Positions 46,180 through 57,714 are shown, numbered from the stretch's first letter. The stretch is DNA of 64,000 bases from an uncultured virus (IMG/VR IMGVR_UViG_3300042446_000574) (IMGVR_UViG_3300042446_000574), one strand, 5' to 3'. Notes: generated by a model from the sequence alone, not told the origin. Numbers and translations are program-made.

Positions 46180-49100
46180 TTATAAAGTGGCGTTTATTTT
46201 TAACTTGTTTCCCTCAGCAAGATCGCGCGCAATATCCTCACTCACAACGTACGCCTGCAACCTGTCTATCCTGTTGTTTATCGCGTCGGTCTTTGCCTCC
46301 ATGACTTGTAAGAATTCATTCATGTTCCCCTGTAAACCCAAGCCTTGTATTGGTGGGTTAATAGGTGGAACCATACCACCCTCTGCGAAACCTTTGATAC
46401 CAAGTTTCCTGAATGTGGGAGAACCGCCTAATAAACTTTGTTGGCGTTGGTTCAATACAACCTCACCGCGTTTAACGTATGCAAGTACATTGTCACCGTT
46501 TGACCGTGTTGGTATGTTTTGCTTTTGATTTACCCGTTGCCCTGTGACAACGCCGCCCTCGGCAAGTGGCTGGGCTGCAATGGTTGCAATCTGAGCGCCA
46601 GATGCAATGCCAACGGCGGCGGCGTTTATAAAATTAATCGGAGGGGCTGAACTTGCTAAAGCTCTTTGAATAGCTAAAGCACCTTGAATGATTGCTTGAA
46701 TAATGGCAATGCGTTTTTCTTCTTTTGCGGCTTTGATTCTTATTGCTTCGGCTTCGGCTTGTTGTTGTTTTAATAATTCCTTTTGGGAGGCAATATCCCT
46801 TTCAATCCTTTTCTTTCTTATTCCCGATGCCTTTTCCGCTTTTGCCTCAAGTTCTTCAATATTATTTTCAGTTGTTTCAATTTGATTATTAATAGCATCG
46901 ACTGCCTTTTGGTTTGCAATACTTTGTATAGTTCCAATAAAATTTATTAATTCATTGACACCATTTGCAATAGAATCTGTTAATTTTTCTCTATCCTCTT
47001 TTTCTTTATCCTCTTTATCTTTTTTATATTTATCCTGAATATCTTTAATCTCCTGTTCTGTCTTGTCGGTCAAAAGTTTTCTTAACCTTGCTTTTTCAGT
47101 TTCAGAAGCAAAAATTAAATCTAATTCTTTATTTAAATTATCAAGGTCATCTTGTGCTTTTTGCTTTGCAGCTGCAATTTCTCTTTCTTCATCATTTTTA
47201 ATTCCCTCAATTTGTAACTTATTAATTTTATCGTAAAATGTTTTTTCAGCCGAAACCCTTTTATCATTAATATCTTTTTCCTGCTTTTCAATACCCTCTT
47301 TGCTTTTTATATAATTTGCCTCAGCCGCACGGCGTTCAACCAGTAAGTTTTCCATTTGCTTTGACCCTGCTTCTTCAAGTGCAATCAACGCATCAATCCT
47401 TTGTATTTCGCTGTTGTAATCATTGTCTAAGACGGTGCGCCGTCTGTTAATGTTTTCTATTTCATCTTCCGTGGTATCTTGTTTTGAGCGTGCAAGATTG
47501 ACGATGGATTGAGCGACTTTAAAGTTTTGGTTTATTTCCTCAATGGCATCTTGCTTTTTCTTTTCCGCATTTAGCCCAAGTATTTCATTTTGTGTTTCAA
47601 CCGCCGTTTTTATCTGCGCGTTGACCTCATTTAATTTAATGGCTATTTTCTTTTGAGCATCTGAGCCAACCACGGCGTTTGAAAACGCGCTTTGTAATTT
47701 GCTTCTTTCGTCCTCAAGGGCTGCAAGGGAACCTTCGGTAAATGATTTAGCTACATCCTTGCCTCCTTTGTTTGCGGCTTCACTTAACTCTTTGTTTTGG
47801 GCTTTTAATCTTTTCTTTTGTTCTTCGGCGTTTTGCTTTTCAAGTGCAATCCGATCCTTTTCAGCTTTCTCAATAGCTAACTTATCCTCCTTATCTATCT
47901 TTTGTTTTTCGGCTCTAAATACATCTCGATTTGCTTTTAATGCACCGCTGATGCTTCCTGTTGTAAAAAAGGTTGTTAAACCTGCCCCCATGGCTTTTAA
48001 GGTTGCAGGAAACTCATTTGCAAAATCAAGTAAACCGCCTAATAAGTTATTAAAAAATATCTTTGCTTTGGAGGATATAATTGTAAATTCCCCGCCAAAC
48101 TTTGTGAATGATTCATTTAATTCCGATTGACTTGCTTCTAAATCTAAGTTTGTTTGATAAAGAATTTCCTGTTGTGTTTGATATTGGTTTGTTGACTTTG
48201 TTACATCGTCGGTATTTTTTAAAATCTTTTCCAACGAAAGAATATACGCCAACCCAGCATCTTCACCAGCCGAACCGAAAACGTCTGCAATAACCGTTTG
48301 TAATTTGTCGCCCGCAACCTCGGTATCACCCATTTTACCGCTAACCAATGATAAGGCTTCGGCGGTTGTAATTGAGCCGTTGTTTAAATTCTCAAATAAT
48401 TCACCTGTAAATTCTTCGCCAAATGCACCCACTAAAGCATCTTTTGAAGTCTTTGTTTGCTCCCTAATTCTTAATCCAAATTCCTTTACAACATCCAAGC
48501 CTTTATCTGAATAAATACCCTGATTTGCCGCCTCGATTGAAATGGCTAAATAATCTTTAATACTTAATCCAGCCGCCGCAAATTGCGCTGGATATTCTTT
48601 TAGGTTATCTAAGAACTCCCCATTACTATCCGCTCCCTTTCTAAATCCTGCCTCAATCGCGTCTAATGCCTCATTAAAACCAATGCCTAATGATTTACTT
48701 GCCGCGTTGGCTGCAACGGTTATGTCGTTTACATCTTTTTTATATGTTGTTGATATTGCTTTTGACTTGCTTACAAAGTCGGTTAAAACGTTTCCCGTCG
48801 CACCCGTAAACGCTGCCACCTGATTAGAAAGTTCTTTTGTTTCGGCAACCGATTCATTTATACTTTGAAATATTTCAGATATGCCACTAAATAGGGTTAA
48901 TGCTATTCCAATGGCGCCAAGCGATTTATTAAATGCTCCTGTGGTTTGAGTTAATCCATTTATTCCCTGAGATAAACCGCCTATTGTACCCGTCACTTGT
49001 CCCAATGTTCCCCCAAGTTTTGGAAAGAATTGCCCCAATGCCTCAGTATAACCGCCGACGTTTCTTTGGAATTGCCCAACCGTGGCATCAATGCCTTTTA

Positions 49101-49482
49101 GCTTTTTATCAAGGTTATTGATACTTACCAATAAATCTTTTGCCTCCTGACTTGATTCCTGCTCAGCCGCCGCCAAGTCCTTGTATCGGTTGCGCTGATC
49201 ATTCAACTCCTTGCTTAACTTGCGATAAGCTCCATTGGCTTTGTCGGTTGCGGTTATTTCTTCGTTGCGGCTTTTGATTTGCTCCTTAACAACTTTGTTG
49301 ACTTCCATTTGCGCTGCCTTCAAGTCAACCAACTTTGTTTCAAGTTTCTTGATTTCTTGAACGTCCGTTGTTTTCTTTAGCTCCGCGTTAACGTCGGCAA
49401 TGGCTCTTTTCAACTCCGTTGCCGTTTCAACCGTTTTTCCAAGCCCGTCTATTTGTATTTGAAAACCTATTACTTGTGCCAT
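46180..49482 (-). CDS. Tape measure protein (B, 1100 aa)
   Basis: Ends match A; longer, different middle. Confidence 0.88.
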   Translation of the reverse strand: MAQVIGFQIQIDGLGKTVETATELKRAIADVNAELKKTTDVQEIKKLETKLVDLKAAQMEVNKVVKEQIKSRNEEITATDKANGAYRKLSKELNDQRNRYKDLAAAEQESSQEAKDLLVSINNLDKKLKGIDATVGQFQRNVGGYTEALGQFFPKLGGTLGQVTGTIGGLSQGINGLTQTTGAFNKSLGAIGIALTLFSGISEIFQSINESVAETKELSNQVAAFTGATGNVLTDFVSKSKAISTTYKKDVNDITVAANAASKSLGIGFNEALDAIEAGFRKGADSNGEFLDNLKEYPAQFAAAGLSIKDYLAISIEAANQGIYSDKGLDVVKEFGLRIREQTKTSKDALVGAFGEEFTGELFENLNNGSITTAEALSLVSGKMGDTEVAGDKLQTVIADVFGSAGEDAGLAYILSLEKILKNTDDVTKSTNQYQTQQEILYQTNLDLEASQSELNESFTKFGGEFTIISSKAKIFFNNLLGGLLDFANEFPATLKAMGAGLTTFFTTGSISGALKANRDVFRAEKQKIDKEDKLAIEKAEKDRIALEKQNAEEQKKRLKAQNKELSEAANKGGKDVAKSFTEGSLAALEDERSKLQSAFSNAVVGSDAQKKIAIKLNEVNAQIKTAVETQNEILGLNAEKKKQDAIEEINQNFKVAQSIVNLARSKQDTTEDEIENINRRRTVLDNDYNSEIQRIDALIALEEAGSKQMENLLVERRAAEANYIKSKEGIEKQEKDINDKRVSAEKTFYDKINKLQIEGIKNDEEREIAAAKQKAQDDLDNLNKELDLIFASETEKARLRKLLTDKTEQEIKDIQDKYKKDKEDKEKEDREKLTDSIANGVNELINFIGTIQSIANQKAVDAINNQIETTENNIEELEAKAEKASGIRKKRIERDIASQKELLKQQQAEAEAIRIKAAKEEKRIAIIQAIIQGALAIQRALASSAPPINFINAAAVGIASGAQIATIAAQPLAEGGVVTGQRVNQKQNIPTRSNGDNVLAYVKRGEVVLNQRQQSLLGGSPTFRKLGIKGFAEGGMVPPINPPIQGLGLQGNMNEFLQVMEAKTDAINNRIDRLQAYVVSEDIARDLAEGNKLKINATL

Positions 49483-51917
49483 TATCCTTTTGTTACTCCG
49501 TTTACAATAACTTCATAATTTGCCCCATCGTAATGGGTATCAATGTTTATTCCAATGGTTGAACCACCAATAATATATTGAATCGTTGGTATCAACTTTT
49601 GCCCGTTCTGGAATACAAGTACATTTGCATTCGTGTTACTTACCTGCGTTATGCCTGAGTTAACCGGTAATACAAGTACGTTTGTCATCGAGTTAAGGAA
49701 CGGCGTATAAGATAACTGAATGTTTACCGTTGCCCCATTTGCTCCAACCAAGCCGCTTCCCGATCCTGTCACCGTGCCACCCTGAGGCGGTGCGCCTGCC
49801 AAAGTAATCGTATTTGAAACCTTGTTAAGGTCATTTACATTTGGCTTTTCGTCGTATAAGATAACCGTTCTTGCTGGACTATTGGATTTGGGATTGTATT
49901 CAAGTTCTTGAATGATGAAATTAGAACTTCCAATCATTCCCTTTCGTCTGAATGACAGTTGCGTTATGTCCTTGTTTTCCCATTTGACAAAGGTCGTATA
50001 TTGCTTTCCAAGTTCAATGCGTTTATATGTTTGAAGATGGAAGGTTTTAAAAACGCCTTGCATCACATTTGTATAATTTGTGACTTCGTCGGAAAAAGAA
50101 AGGTTAAAATCACCGCCGCTCGGGTCATTGTAATTTACCATGAAAGCCGCAGGAAAATCAAAAGCCGAAGCCGCTGAACTTGCTTCATCGTACAAACGAA
50201 CATATCCGTCTAAGCCGCTTCGCCTGCCTGCGTAATAAAGCAAACGAGGTGCCAAGTTATAATTGGGCTCAGCATCGGGAACGGTATTGTAATCGTCACC
50301 GAAAACAAGTGGCATCTGAGCCCCGTATGTTCCACCCGTGGTAATTGTAACGTCGTTTATATGAATGGCTTTTGCAAAGAAATTTGTATATAAAAATTCA
50401 ATGCCATTTGGGAATCTATCCTGGGGGAAATTATAACCCCCTGAATAAATGTTAACTCCGCGCCTTGCTTCCTCTTTGTTCGTCGTGTCATCGTCCGTGG
50501 CATACGCCAGTACCTGACTTGATTTGTAATTATCTAAAATTGTCAATTCGCTTCCATCAATGTCACGGGTATTTAAGTCATACTTATTCGTATCCTTAAA
50601 AAAGCCGTCAAAAGTTGTAAGGGTAATCGCTCCGCTTGCGTTTGCCCTGTATCTTACCGTATAATTGTCCTTTGGGTATGCATACACTTGTTTACTTAGT
50701 ACGTCGGTCTCCCATGCAAGATTGAAAATGGTTGTAAGGTCCACAATTATATCTTTGACATACCATGAATTAGGAATGATGTATTCCAAATTTACCGTCT
50801 CTCCTTGCTCTAATCCTTCCTTTTGTGCCACCACGGACAAAGAACCATCAATAGTAAGACTAAAGGTTACGTTCTCATACCTCAGCCGCATTTTAACCAA
50901 GTCACCTGCCACCAAGTCTCCCAGAAATTCAAGGGCAATAGAATCATTTAAAGATGTTTCATTGGTTAAATCATACGTTGAAACGTTGTTTCCGTTGACC
51001 TCAAAGAAAAGAATCAGTTCTGCGAATTGGTTTAAGTCACCAATGGAAGCCGTTAAGGTAACATTTAACTCAGCTATCAACTCGTATAAAGCATTAATCG
51101 GGACCGTGTAAACGCCACCTGAGTAATTGCCTCCTGTGTCAAAGTTGGGTGACGTTGTTTCATTTGTGAATGCAATGTCAACCGTCCCGTAATCACCTGA
51201 GGAATAAACAAAGGATGAAGGCGAAGGATTGGAAGCTCGAAGATTTACGAAGTCTGCAATGTAATCAGCATCAAGATTAAGTCCCATAGGAATAATCAAG
51301 CGGCTGAAAGGATCGGTTTTAAAAATACTGTTTAATTGGTATCCCTTATTTTGAAAAGCCTTTTCCAAGATTTGCCAAATGAAAATTGCGGGCGTCAACT
51401 CATTGTCAACAATGTACGTTTCGTTTTCCCACGCTTTCCATTTCATCAAGATGAAACAATGTTCCGAAGTCAATGGATTATAATTGGTTTTTACCGTCGC
51501 CGTGGATACGGTTATGTCTTGCCAACCCAATGACCTGACTAAGATATTACCCACGTCGGCGAACCAATCCGCATTGTTTCCAATCAATGCGACTTTGTAA
51601 TTATTCGCCTTGAATCCGTGGTTCATGGCGTTTAATTCCCCTGAATCCAACCGTGCTTTTCCCGTGAGTATTGGAACGCCATTTGCCTCAAGCCGTGCAG
51701 GAAGTAACTTGTAAGCATTGGTGACAATGACATTTGGCGTCTCAATGTTTTCAAAGATTTCAATGTTTGTCTTTGTTCCGGGTAATGTTACATTCCTTTT
51801 AGAATGCGCGCCCGATATGTTTCCAAGTTCAATATTTTCAATAGAGTAATCAATGGTTACATTGACATCCTTTTGGTTTAAATCGACTTCTTGATTATTT
51901 ATAAATAGTTTTATCAT
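49482..51917 (-). CDS. Tail tip / hub-like protein (B)
   Basis: Homolog of 8258-10693. Confidence 0.6.
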   Translation of the reverse strand: MIKLFINNQEVDLNQKDVNVTIDYSIENIELGNISGAHSKRNVTLPGTKTNIEIFENIETPNVIVTNAYKLLPARLEANGVPILTGKARLDSGELNAMNHGFKANNYKVALIGNNADWFADVGNILVRSLGWQDITVSTATVKTNYNPLTSEHCFILMKWKAWENETYIVDNELTPAIFIWQILEKAFQNKGYQLNSIFKTDPFSRLIIPMGLNLDADYIADFVNLRASNPSPSSFVYSSGDYGTVDIAFTNETTSPNFDTGGNYSGGVYTVPINALYELIAELNVTLTASIGDLNQFAELILFFEVNGNNVSTYDLTNETSLNDSIALEFLGDLVAGDLVKMRLRYENVTFSLTIDGSLSVVAQKEGLEQGETVNLEYIIPNSWYVKDIIVDLTTIFNLAWETDVLSKQVYAYPKDNYTVRYRANASGAITLTTFDGFFKDTNKYDLNTRDIDGSELTILDNYKSSQVLAYATDDDTTNKEEARRGVNIYSGGYNFPQDRFPNGIEFLYTNFFAKAIHINDVTITTGGTYGAQMPLVFGDDYNTVPDAEPNYNLAPRLLYYAGRRSGLDGYVRLYDEASSAASAFDFPAAFMVNYNDPSGGDFNLSFSDEVTNYTNVMQGVFKTFHLQTYKRIELGKQYTTFVKWENKDITQLSFRRKGMIGSSNFIIQELEYNPKSNSPARTVILYDEKPNVNDLNKVSNTITLAGAPPQGGTVTGSGSGLVGANGATVNIQLSYTPFLNSMTNVLVLPVNSGITQVSNTNANVLVFQNGQKLIPTIQYIIGGSTIGINIDTHYDGANYEVIVNGVTKG

Positions 51918-53116
51918 AGCTGAGCGACTGGCGTATTTTGGTAAATGATTTCAAAGGAAACACCAATATCCGTCGCCCTGTTGTTATCCTTGTTTATCTC
52001 ACCGTTGGCAATGGTAACGTTAACATATTTGCCATTCTCAATGATGTACACCTCAGGGGAGTTAAACATTGTGGCAATGTACAAAGCATCCTCATGACTT
52101 ACCGCCACCGTGACCGTCTTACTTTTGTTTGACCTTTGATTAACCTTGATAACATTTTTATCAAACGTGTTAGCCTTTGGACTTGCGGCAATGTTCCACC
52201 GTTGCGCAAGGTTAATCGTATCTGCGTTGCTCGTTTGCTTATCAATCATTAAGCCTGTAAACTGGTAACTTTCCGCGCCACCATGTTTTCCGAACCAATG
52301 AAGCTCAATGTTATCGTTGCAATTTGGGTAAATGTAAATGCGTTGCCTTTCGCTTAGGCGCGTGTATGCCCCGTCATAAGAGCCAACGGACACGTCGTAA
52401 TAATCGTATAAATCTGGATTGGTTGGAAAATTGCCAGCGTGAAATATGGCAGTGTTTCCAAATATATTTGATACACCAACGGACAATGAATATAAATCAT
52501 TGTTTGCCGTGGAGTTTAAATTGTCAACAATGGTGACGGCTGAAGAACCAGACTTTAAATAAAACTCAAATTGAGCTGCGTTTGTTCCACGTCCGAGGTA
52601 ACTTAAAAATATGTTACCTGAGGAATTGCATTTAATAAAATCATTCCTTTGTGTTAAGAATAAGAAAGGATTTGCTGAGGGTTGGTAAAAATCCCCCATG
52701 TCATATTCCCCATCGACAAACAAGGAAGGTAAAACGTATGCCGTGGTGCTGCTTTGCGAAGCCGTGGAGGTAACGACAAAACCCGATGAATTAACCGTTT
52801 GATTAAACGCCGTGCAATACAAAGATGAAATAACGTCGGTATTATTTGTAAGGCTGAACCCATAAAGGTTTCCGAAGAAACTTGTTTTGGCGTTTGTCTT
52901 TGGTGCAAGCTGAGTAATCAAGAACGATTGGACATTTGTGTCAAACACTGCCGACGTTCCACTTGTCCCCGTTTGCGCTGCCAAGAAAGAACCTTCCAAT
53001 GTTTCATCAAGGTAAACATTGATTTGTTGCTGAATAACTCCCGACGGTTCAATGGAGCGAAACGCCACGGGGTAAAGGCTGCTTGAAATTGTATCGGGGT
53101 TTATCGTGTAACTCAT
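51914..53116 (-). CDS. Minor tail protein (B)
   Basis: Homolog of 10690-11892. Confidence 0.55.
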   Translation of the reverse strand: MSYTINPDTISSSLYPVAFRSIEPSGVIQQQINVYLDETLEGSFLAAQTGTSGTSAVFDTNVQSFLITQLAPKTNAKTSFFGNLYGFSLTNNTDVISSLYCTAFNQTVNSSGFVVTSTASQSSTTAYVLPSLFVDGEYDMGDFYQPSANPFLFLTQRNDFIKCNSSGNIFLSYLGRGTNAAQFEFYLKSGSSAVTIVDNLNSTANNDLYSLSVGVSNIFGNTAIFHAGNFPTNPDLYDYYDVSVGSYDGAYTRLSERQRIYIYPNCNDNIELHWFGKHGGAESYQFTGLMIDKQTSNADTINLAQRWNIAASPKANTFDKNVIKVNQRSNKSKTVTVAVSHEDALYIATMFNSPEVYIIENGKYVNVTIANGEINKDNNRATDIGVSFEIIYQNTPVAQL

Positions 53117-53640
53117 CTGTTTAAAATTGATTTGTAAAATGTTTCAACCGTGGTTTCAATGCTATATGTAATCGCCCTGTTTATCAACTCAGCCATTTCA
53201 GCCTCTTTCTTTTCCAACGCCTGTTCAATAAAGCCCGTGCGCTTTCCTGTTTGTGAATGCTTTTGACTTTTAATCGTTGGCATTCCTTCTTTTTTATGTT
53301 TACTTGCAATGGCGAAGGCTATTGATTTAGCTTCTTTATCGGAAGCGCCAAACCTTTGTTTAGCATATTTCATTAAGCCTTTAATGTATTCGCTTTCCTT
53401 CCGTCCGCTTCCTGGGTAATACGGAATCTTTGTTGCAAGTACCCCTTTGTTATTTATTGCCATGTAATCAGGAACAAAGCCCTCAATGATTAATTCATTT
53501 GTTTGGAATCGTATTACCGTTTCCATATTCTTTATGGCTGCCCCTGTCAAGTTATGCCCTTGCGATTTCCATTCATTCGCCACGGCGTCAATCGCCATTT
53601 GCGCAATGTTATCCGCCAACTTTTGCAATTCTTTCTCCAT
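53113..53640 (-). CDS. Neck / tail-completion protein (B)
   Basis: Homolog of 11889-12416. Confidence 0.45.
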   Translation of the reverse strand: MEKELQKLADNIAQMAIDAVANEWKSQGHNLTGAAIKNMETVIRFQTNELIIEGFVPDYMAINNKGVLATKIPYYPGSGRKESEYIKGLMKYAKQRFGASDKEAKSIAFAIASKHKKEGMPTIKSQKHSQTGKRTGFIEQALEKKEAEMAELINRAITYSIETTVETFYKSILNR

Positions 53641-53675
53641 AATGAAAAAGGTAACCCCGAAGGGCTACCGTGTTT

Positions 53676-54065
53676 TTATGCCACTGTCAAAGCCAATGCA
53701 CTCGCGTTAAATTTCACCTCATCCCCCGTTGCAATGGTCTTACTTGCCGTCAACGCGCCTGCAAATAACATATTTCCACCCGTGATGGTATCAAACACTG
53801 CCACGTGCGTAGCCGTTGCGCCCGATGCTGCACTTGATGTAATCGTAATCGCTGCCGTGTTCGTCAATGTCCCTGCGCCACCTGTTCCCCGTGTCCATCC
53901 ACCTGCTGCAACGGCTATGCGTGTGTACAAAGCACCTGTGGCAGAGCCTGCATCAGTTGGGTCTTGTGAATACAATTGGACAAAGGTAGACGTGGGAGCG
54001 GAAGCGAAGGTTGAGCCGTTTATCCACCCTGTGATTTGGTCTTCTAAATAATTTGAAAATGCCAT
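53676..54065 (-). CDS. Fibre-associated protein (B, diverged allele)
   Basis: Same length as 12454-12843 but much more diverged than neighbouring genes. Confidence 0.55.
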   Translation of the reverse strand: MAFSNYLEDQITGWINGSTFASAPTSTFVQLYSQDPTDAGSATGALYTRIAVAAGGWTRGTGGAGTLTNTAAITITSSAASGATATHVAVFDTITGGNMLFAGALTASKTIATGDEVKFNASALALTVA

Positions 54066-54084
54066 GATATTTATTTTTTGTTTA

Positions 54085-54324
54085 TTAATTTAATTCTGGG
54101 TAAATCACTGTAAATTCAATTGGTTCGCCCAAAACAGGAAGCAAGGTTTCATCGTAAATAATGTACCAAAATTGAGGGTCGTTTAATTCTGCAAATTGGT
54201 AATCTACCCAATTTTGAGTTACATCATTTGGATTCAAAGGAATGCCATAGTATTCATTGCATTGCAACTTTGCCTCAATGGCTTGGTTCTCCGTTGTATA
54301 TTTGTAGCCTTTAATAGATTGCAT
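54085..54324 (-). CDS. Small partner of the lectin-like tip domain (B only)
   Basis: Replaces the 131-aa gene of A. Confidence 0.55.
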   Translation of the reverse strand: MQSIKGYKYTTENQAIEAKLQCNEYYGIPLNPNDVTQNWVDYQFAELNDPQFWYIIYDETLLPVLGEPIEFTVIYPELN

Positions 54325-56101
54325 AATATGTGTTTATATTTGTTTCTATTCCTGTTCGATTTGTGGATTGGTAGCTATCCCATATAATTGCTTCGTTGGT
54401 TCTTATATCACTACCGCTTGCATTATTAAGCATAATTGAGTTAACTTGTGAATTAGTAGTTGGTGATATGGTTAATGATGTGTTTTGAGCATTTAAAGCA
54501 CCGTTACGATAGTGCTGTTGTTGTACAGAACCTTGAATGTATGCTCCTAAGAGAAAATAAGCATTATTGGCGGTAGCGTTTACTCCAATTGAATTACTTG
54601 ATGCTCCACTACCAACATTACTTTTTATTATATTGCTATTATTAAATTGTCCAATTAAACCATTTACTAAAGTATCTGCACCACCAGCCAGAGCTCCTAA
54701 GTATACTTTATAACTTGCTATGGCATTTGTCACATTATATAAAGTAATTAAATAAGTCCTATTTGCAGATAAAGAGAATGATGGAGTATTTAAAACCTGA
54801 GCGCTTGATGTGAATCTCATAATCGGTCTACCGCCTTGGGTTAGTAATGTTCCGCTTACTACTATTTGCGGCTGATTTGCCGCGGTTGATTGTGTTGCGT
54901 TATTTGCATTCCCACTTTGGTCATACCACGTTGTTACAAAGCCATTACCAACTCCACAAAAGGTTGTTAATGCTGATTCATCCAAATTACCACTTACAAA
55001 ACCAATATCTTGTTCTGTGTTATCACTTGACCTCCTAACCCTTATTGCACTTCCTGCATAAGCCGTGCGCAATTTACGCAAAGAATAAGCCGCTCCTGCA
55101 TTTGGATATAAATCAAGTAAAAATGAAGCAGATGAAGTCACCGTCAAATTCGCTGCCGTTGTCCCTGCCCCTGTCAAAGATGCACTTGCTAACTTTGATA
55201 CTAAGGCACTTGCAGCAAGGGAGTTAGATGAAGTGAGTGAGGATGCTAAGTTCTTTGCAATGGTTGCATTGGATACCAATGTGCCATTTGCATTTAAAGA
55301 TGATTCAAAAGTCTTTGCAATTTTCAAGTCACTTACCAATGTTCCATTTGCGTTTAATAAAGATTCAAAAGTCTTTGCTATTTTTAAATCACTATTCAAT
55401 AAACTTGATGCCATTATACTTGATTCCATTGTCTTTGCAAGTTGCAAATTGGAAATCAAGGAAGAGGAAGTGTCTAAACTTGATGCAACTTTTTGAACGA
55501 AGGAAATGTCAGCCGTCACCGTTGCCCTGCCTTCCAAGCTTGCGGCAAATTTCAACACCGTGGTCAATGATGCGGTTAAGTTGCTCGATGTTACAATGTT
55601 GGCAATGCACTGAACCAATGCGATAACGCCTGGCTCACAGTTGGTCGGTACAACCAAGTTGAAGCTAAGTTGCACGGTAATCATTCTTTGAAGCCCCGTA
55701 AAGGAATCAAAGGTAATCGACGGCGCTTCGGGAATAAAAAGGTAATTGGGTAAAATGCTTTGTTTTATCTTGTTCAACCTTTGTACAAAGTAATTTGCAT
55801 ATTGTTGAAGATTTGCCCATTTGTCAATTTGTAACGTCGGGTCTTCGTCGCCTTCATTATCATATCCAAGTAAATCGTCAAAGAACAAGGTCACTTGATA
55901 CGTGTCTTGTTTCCTTGTTTGGTCTGAGCCTGTTATCGTTGGCACGGCAAAGAAGACGCGCGGGAACTCGTTCAACTCCTGAAAGTCCTCAGTGTTTCCT
56001 TGTCGAACACGGTCGGAAGCCCAACCGAAATTGTAGCTTTTTATCGCCGTTATATTATCCGCGGTATCCTTGAAAATGTCGCTTATTTCCCTAATATTCA
56101 T
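54311..56101 (-). CDS. Modular virion protein (B): shared N-domain, longer repeat stalk, ConA/LamG-like C-domain
   Basis: AAYSLRKLRTAYAGSAIRVRRSSDN.EQDIGF...TWYDQSGN...Q...ANQP motif. Confidence 0.7.
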   Translation of the reverse strand: MNIREISDIFKDTADNITAIKSYNFGWASDRVRQGNTEDFQELNEFPRVFFAVPTITGSDQTRKQDTYQVTLFFDDLLGYDNEGDEDPTLQIDKWANLQQYANYFVQRLNKIKQSILPNYLFIPEAPSITFDSFTGLQRMITVQLSFNLVVPTNCEPGVIALVQCIANIVTSSNLTASLTTVLKFAASLEGRATVTADISFVQKVASSLDTSSSLISNLQLAKTMESSIMASSLLNSDLKIAKTFESLLNANGTLVSDLKIAKTFESSLNANGTLVSNATIAKNLASSLTSSNSLAASALVSKLASASLTGAGTTAANLTVTSSASFLLDLYPNAGAAYSLRKLRTAYAGSAIRVRRSSDNTEQDIGFVSGNLDESALTTFCGVGNGFVTTWYDQSGNANNATQSTAANQPQIVVSGTLLTQGGRPIMRFTSSAQVLNTPSFSLSANRTYLITLYNVTNAIASYKVYLGALAGGADTLVNGLIGQFNNSNIIKSNVGSGASSNSIGVNATANNAYFLLGAYIQGSVQQQHYRNGALNAQNTSLTISPTTNSQVNSIMLNNASGSDIRTNEAIIWDSYQSTNRTGIETNINTYYAIY

Positions 56102-57176
56102 TTTTTACTTTGCTTTTGTATTTCATGATACAAGTTATCCTCAGCCGCTTTGGACGCAAGGTATTGAAATACCTCGTACAAATTTGCCCTTTCGCTTGAT
56201 TGTAAGGGCGTCAACCCTGCCAAGTTAAACAAGCCGCACTCAGCTATTTTTTTAATCGTCAAGTACCAACCGTATTTGTCATTCAATTGTCTTGAAGCGC
56301 TGGCATACTTTCCATCGCCTTTTTGAGCATAGAGGTCTGCAAATCTACTTGATAACTCTCGCTTAACTTCGTCAAAAAAAAACCAATTTCAAAGCCAACT
56401 TGTAAAGGCAATTTTAAAAAGTCAAGACAATTCCTTTGAAAAACCTCGTCGCTATATGCCTCGTCCTTCTTCCTGAGCAACACGGCTATAACATGAAGCA
56501 AGCCCTGTGCGTCATTGTTTTCAATCGCCTTGCGCCCCTTGTCAAATTGGGCTGCTTCCGCGAATTCAAGTAACGTGGACTTTGCCATTAGCTTATCAGG
56601 AAGATAATACAAAGTGCCATTGAAGTCGTAAATCTGTTTATACTTAAGTTCTTCGGGAACGCTAATCGCATTGAGTATCTTTGAAAACATGAAGGTTAAA
56701 TATTTCAGCTCCAGACTTTCCGCAACTTTGCCATAACAAGCATCTAAAGGAATGCCCGTGAAATAGTTTACCACCTTTGCCATGTACGGGTATTTTACCT
56801 GAGCCTCCCAGACTTCGTCCATGATTTCAAAACACTTGTCTAATGCCTTTTGATTTACGTTGAATTGGTCAATCAATGCTGGAAGGAAACGGCGCACATT
56901 GTCTTTGACATTATCTGTCAAAAGGATTATTTCACATTCTTGAACCACGTCCGCCCACAACTTATTCAAGTCAATGCCAATTTTCTTTGCATACGGTTTA
57001 ATTTTTTCATACGCCGCGTTCATTTGCTTTTGTGCAACAAGGGCATCAAGTTCAACCTCGGGGTATTGAGGTAGGATAAATTTATGGAAGTAAACGTATT
57101 GTTCCAATGTTATATCAGCTGCGGTCTCAGGATAAAAATACTTTGTATCGGAGTGGCTTAAATGAAATTGTACCAT
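56098..57176 (-). CDS. Tail assembly chaperone (56283-57176) with -1 frameshift extension to 56098 (B)
   Basis: T9 slippery run at 56374-56382; open -1 frame. Confidence 0.65.
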
Positions 57177-57475
57177 TATTTTCGCTTGCTTTTTCTTATT
57201 GGTTCTGGAATATTATCTGCGATGCTTGCGCTCGGCTCAATGTTCTTTTGATTTTCATTAACCTTTGGGGTTAATACTTTTTCATGGCTCACCAATGGCA
57301 ATGATTCAGGTCTTTTTAATTCCCTGTACCTTCCTGTGCCAGTCAAACGAACCGCCTTTTCCAAGTGAGAACGAAGCAAAAGAAGTTGTTTCCTTTTCAT
57401 TGGGTGTTCCTGTATCTCTTTGGTTATTTCCTCAATCAAGTGAATGATGTAAACCGCCTTTTCGTTGTTTGTCAT
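57176..57475 (-). CDS. Hypothetical protein (B)
   Basis: Homolog of 15946-16245; start MTNNEK. Confidence 0.65.
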   Translation of the reverse strand: MTNNEKAVYIIHLIEEITKEIQEHPMKRKQLLLLRSHLEKAVRLTGTGRYRELKRPESLPLVSHEKVLTPKVNENQKNIEPSASIADNIPEPIRKSKRK

Positions 57476-57714
57476 TTCGTTATGATATTTTTTAAATGCA
57501 ATTCCACTTCGCACCAGTACGCCGTGTTTTCGTCCACGTCTGAGCCAAGTTGTCCGCAAATCGTTTGATTGTTACTTATGATTATGTCGGTCAAAAGCAA
57601 AGCTATTTTCTTTGCCTCAAGCCAACTGTCGTATTCACCCGTTACCACGTGTCGATAAGGCAATGTGTCGTAAATTATCAAATGCAATTCCCTTGCTTTT
57701 TCCTGAGCCGTCAT
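57472..57714 (-). CDS. MTPKEKAEEL-family mini-protein (intact in B)
   Basis: MTAQEKAREL...YWCEVE. Confidence 0.7.
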   Translation of the reverse strand: MTAQEKARELHLIIYDTLPYRHVVTGEYDSWLEAKKIALLLTDIIISNNQTICGQLGSDVDENTAYWCEVELHLKNIITK

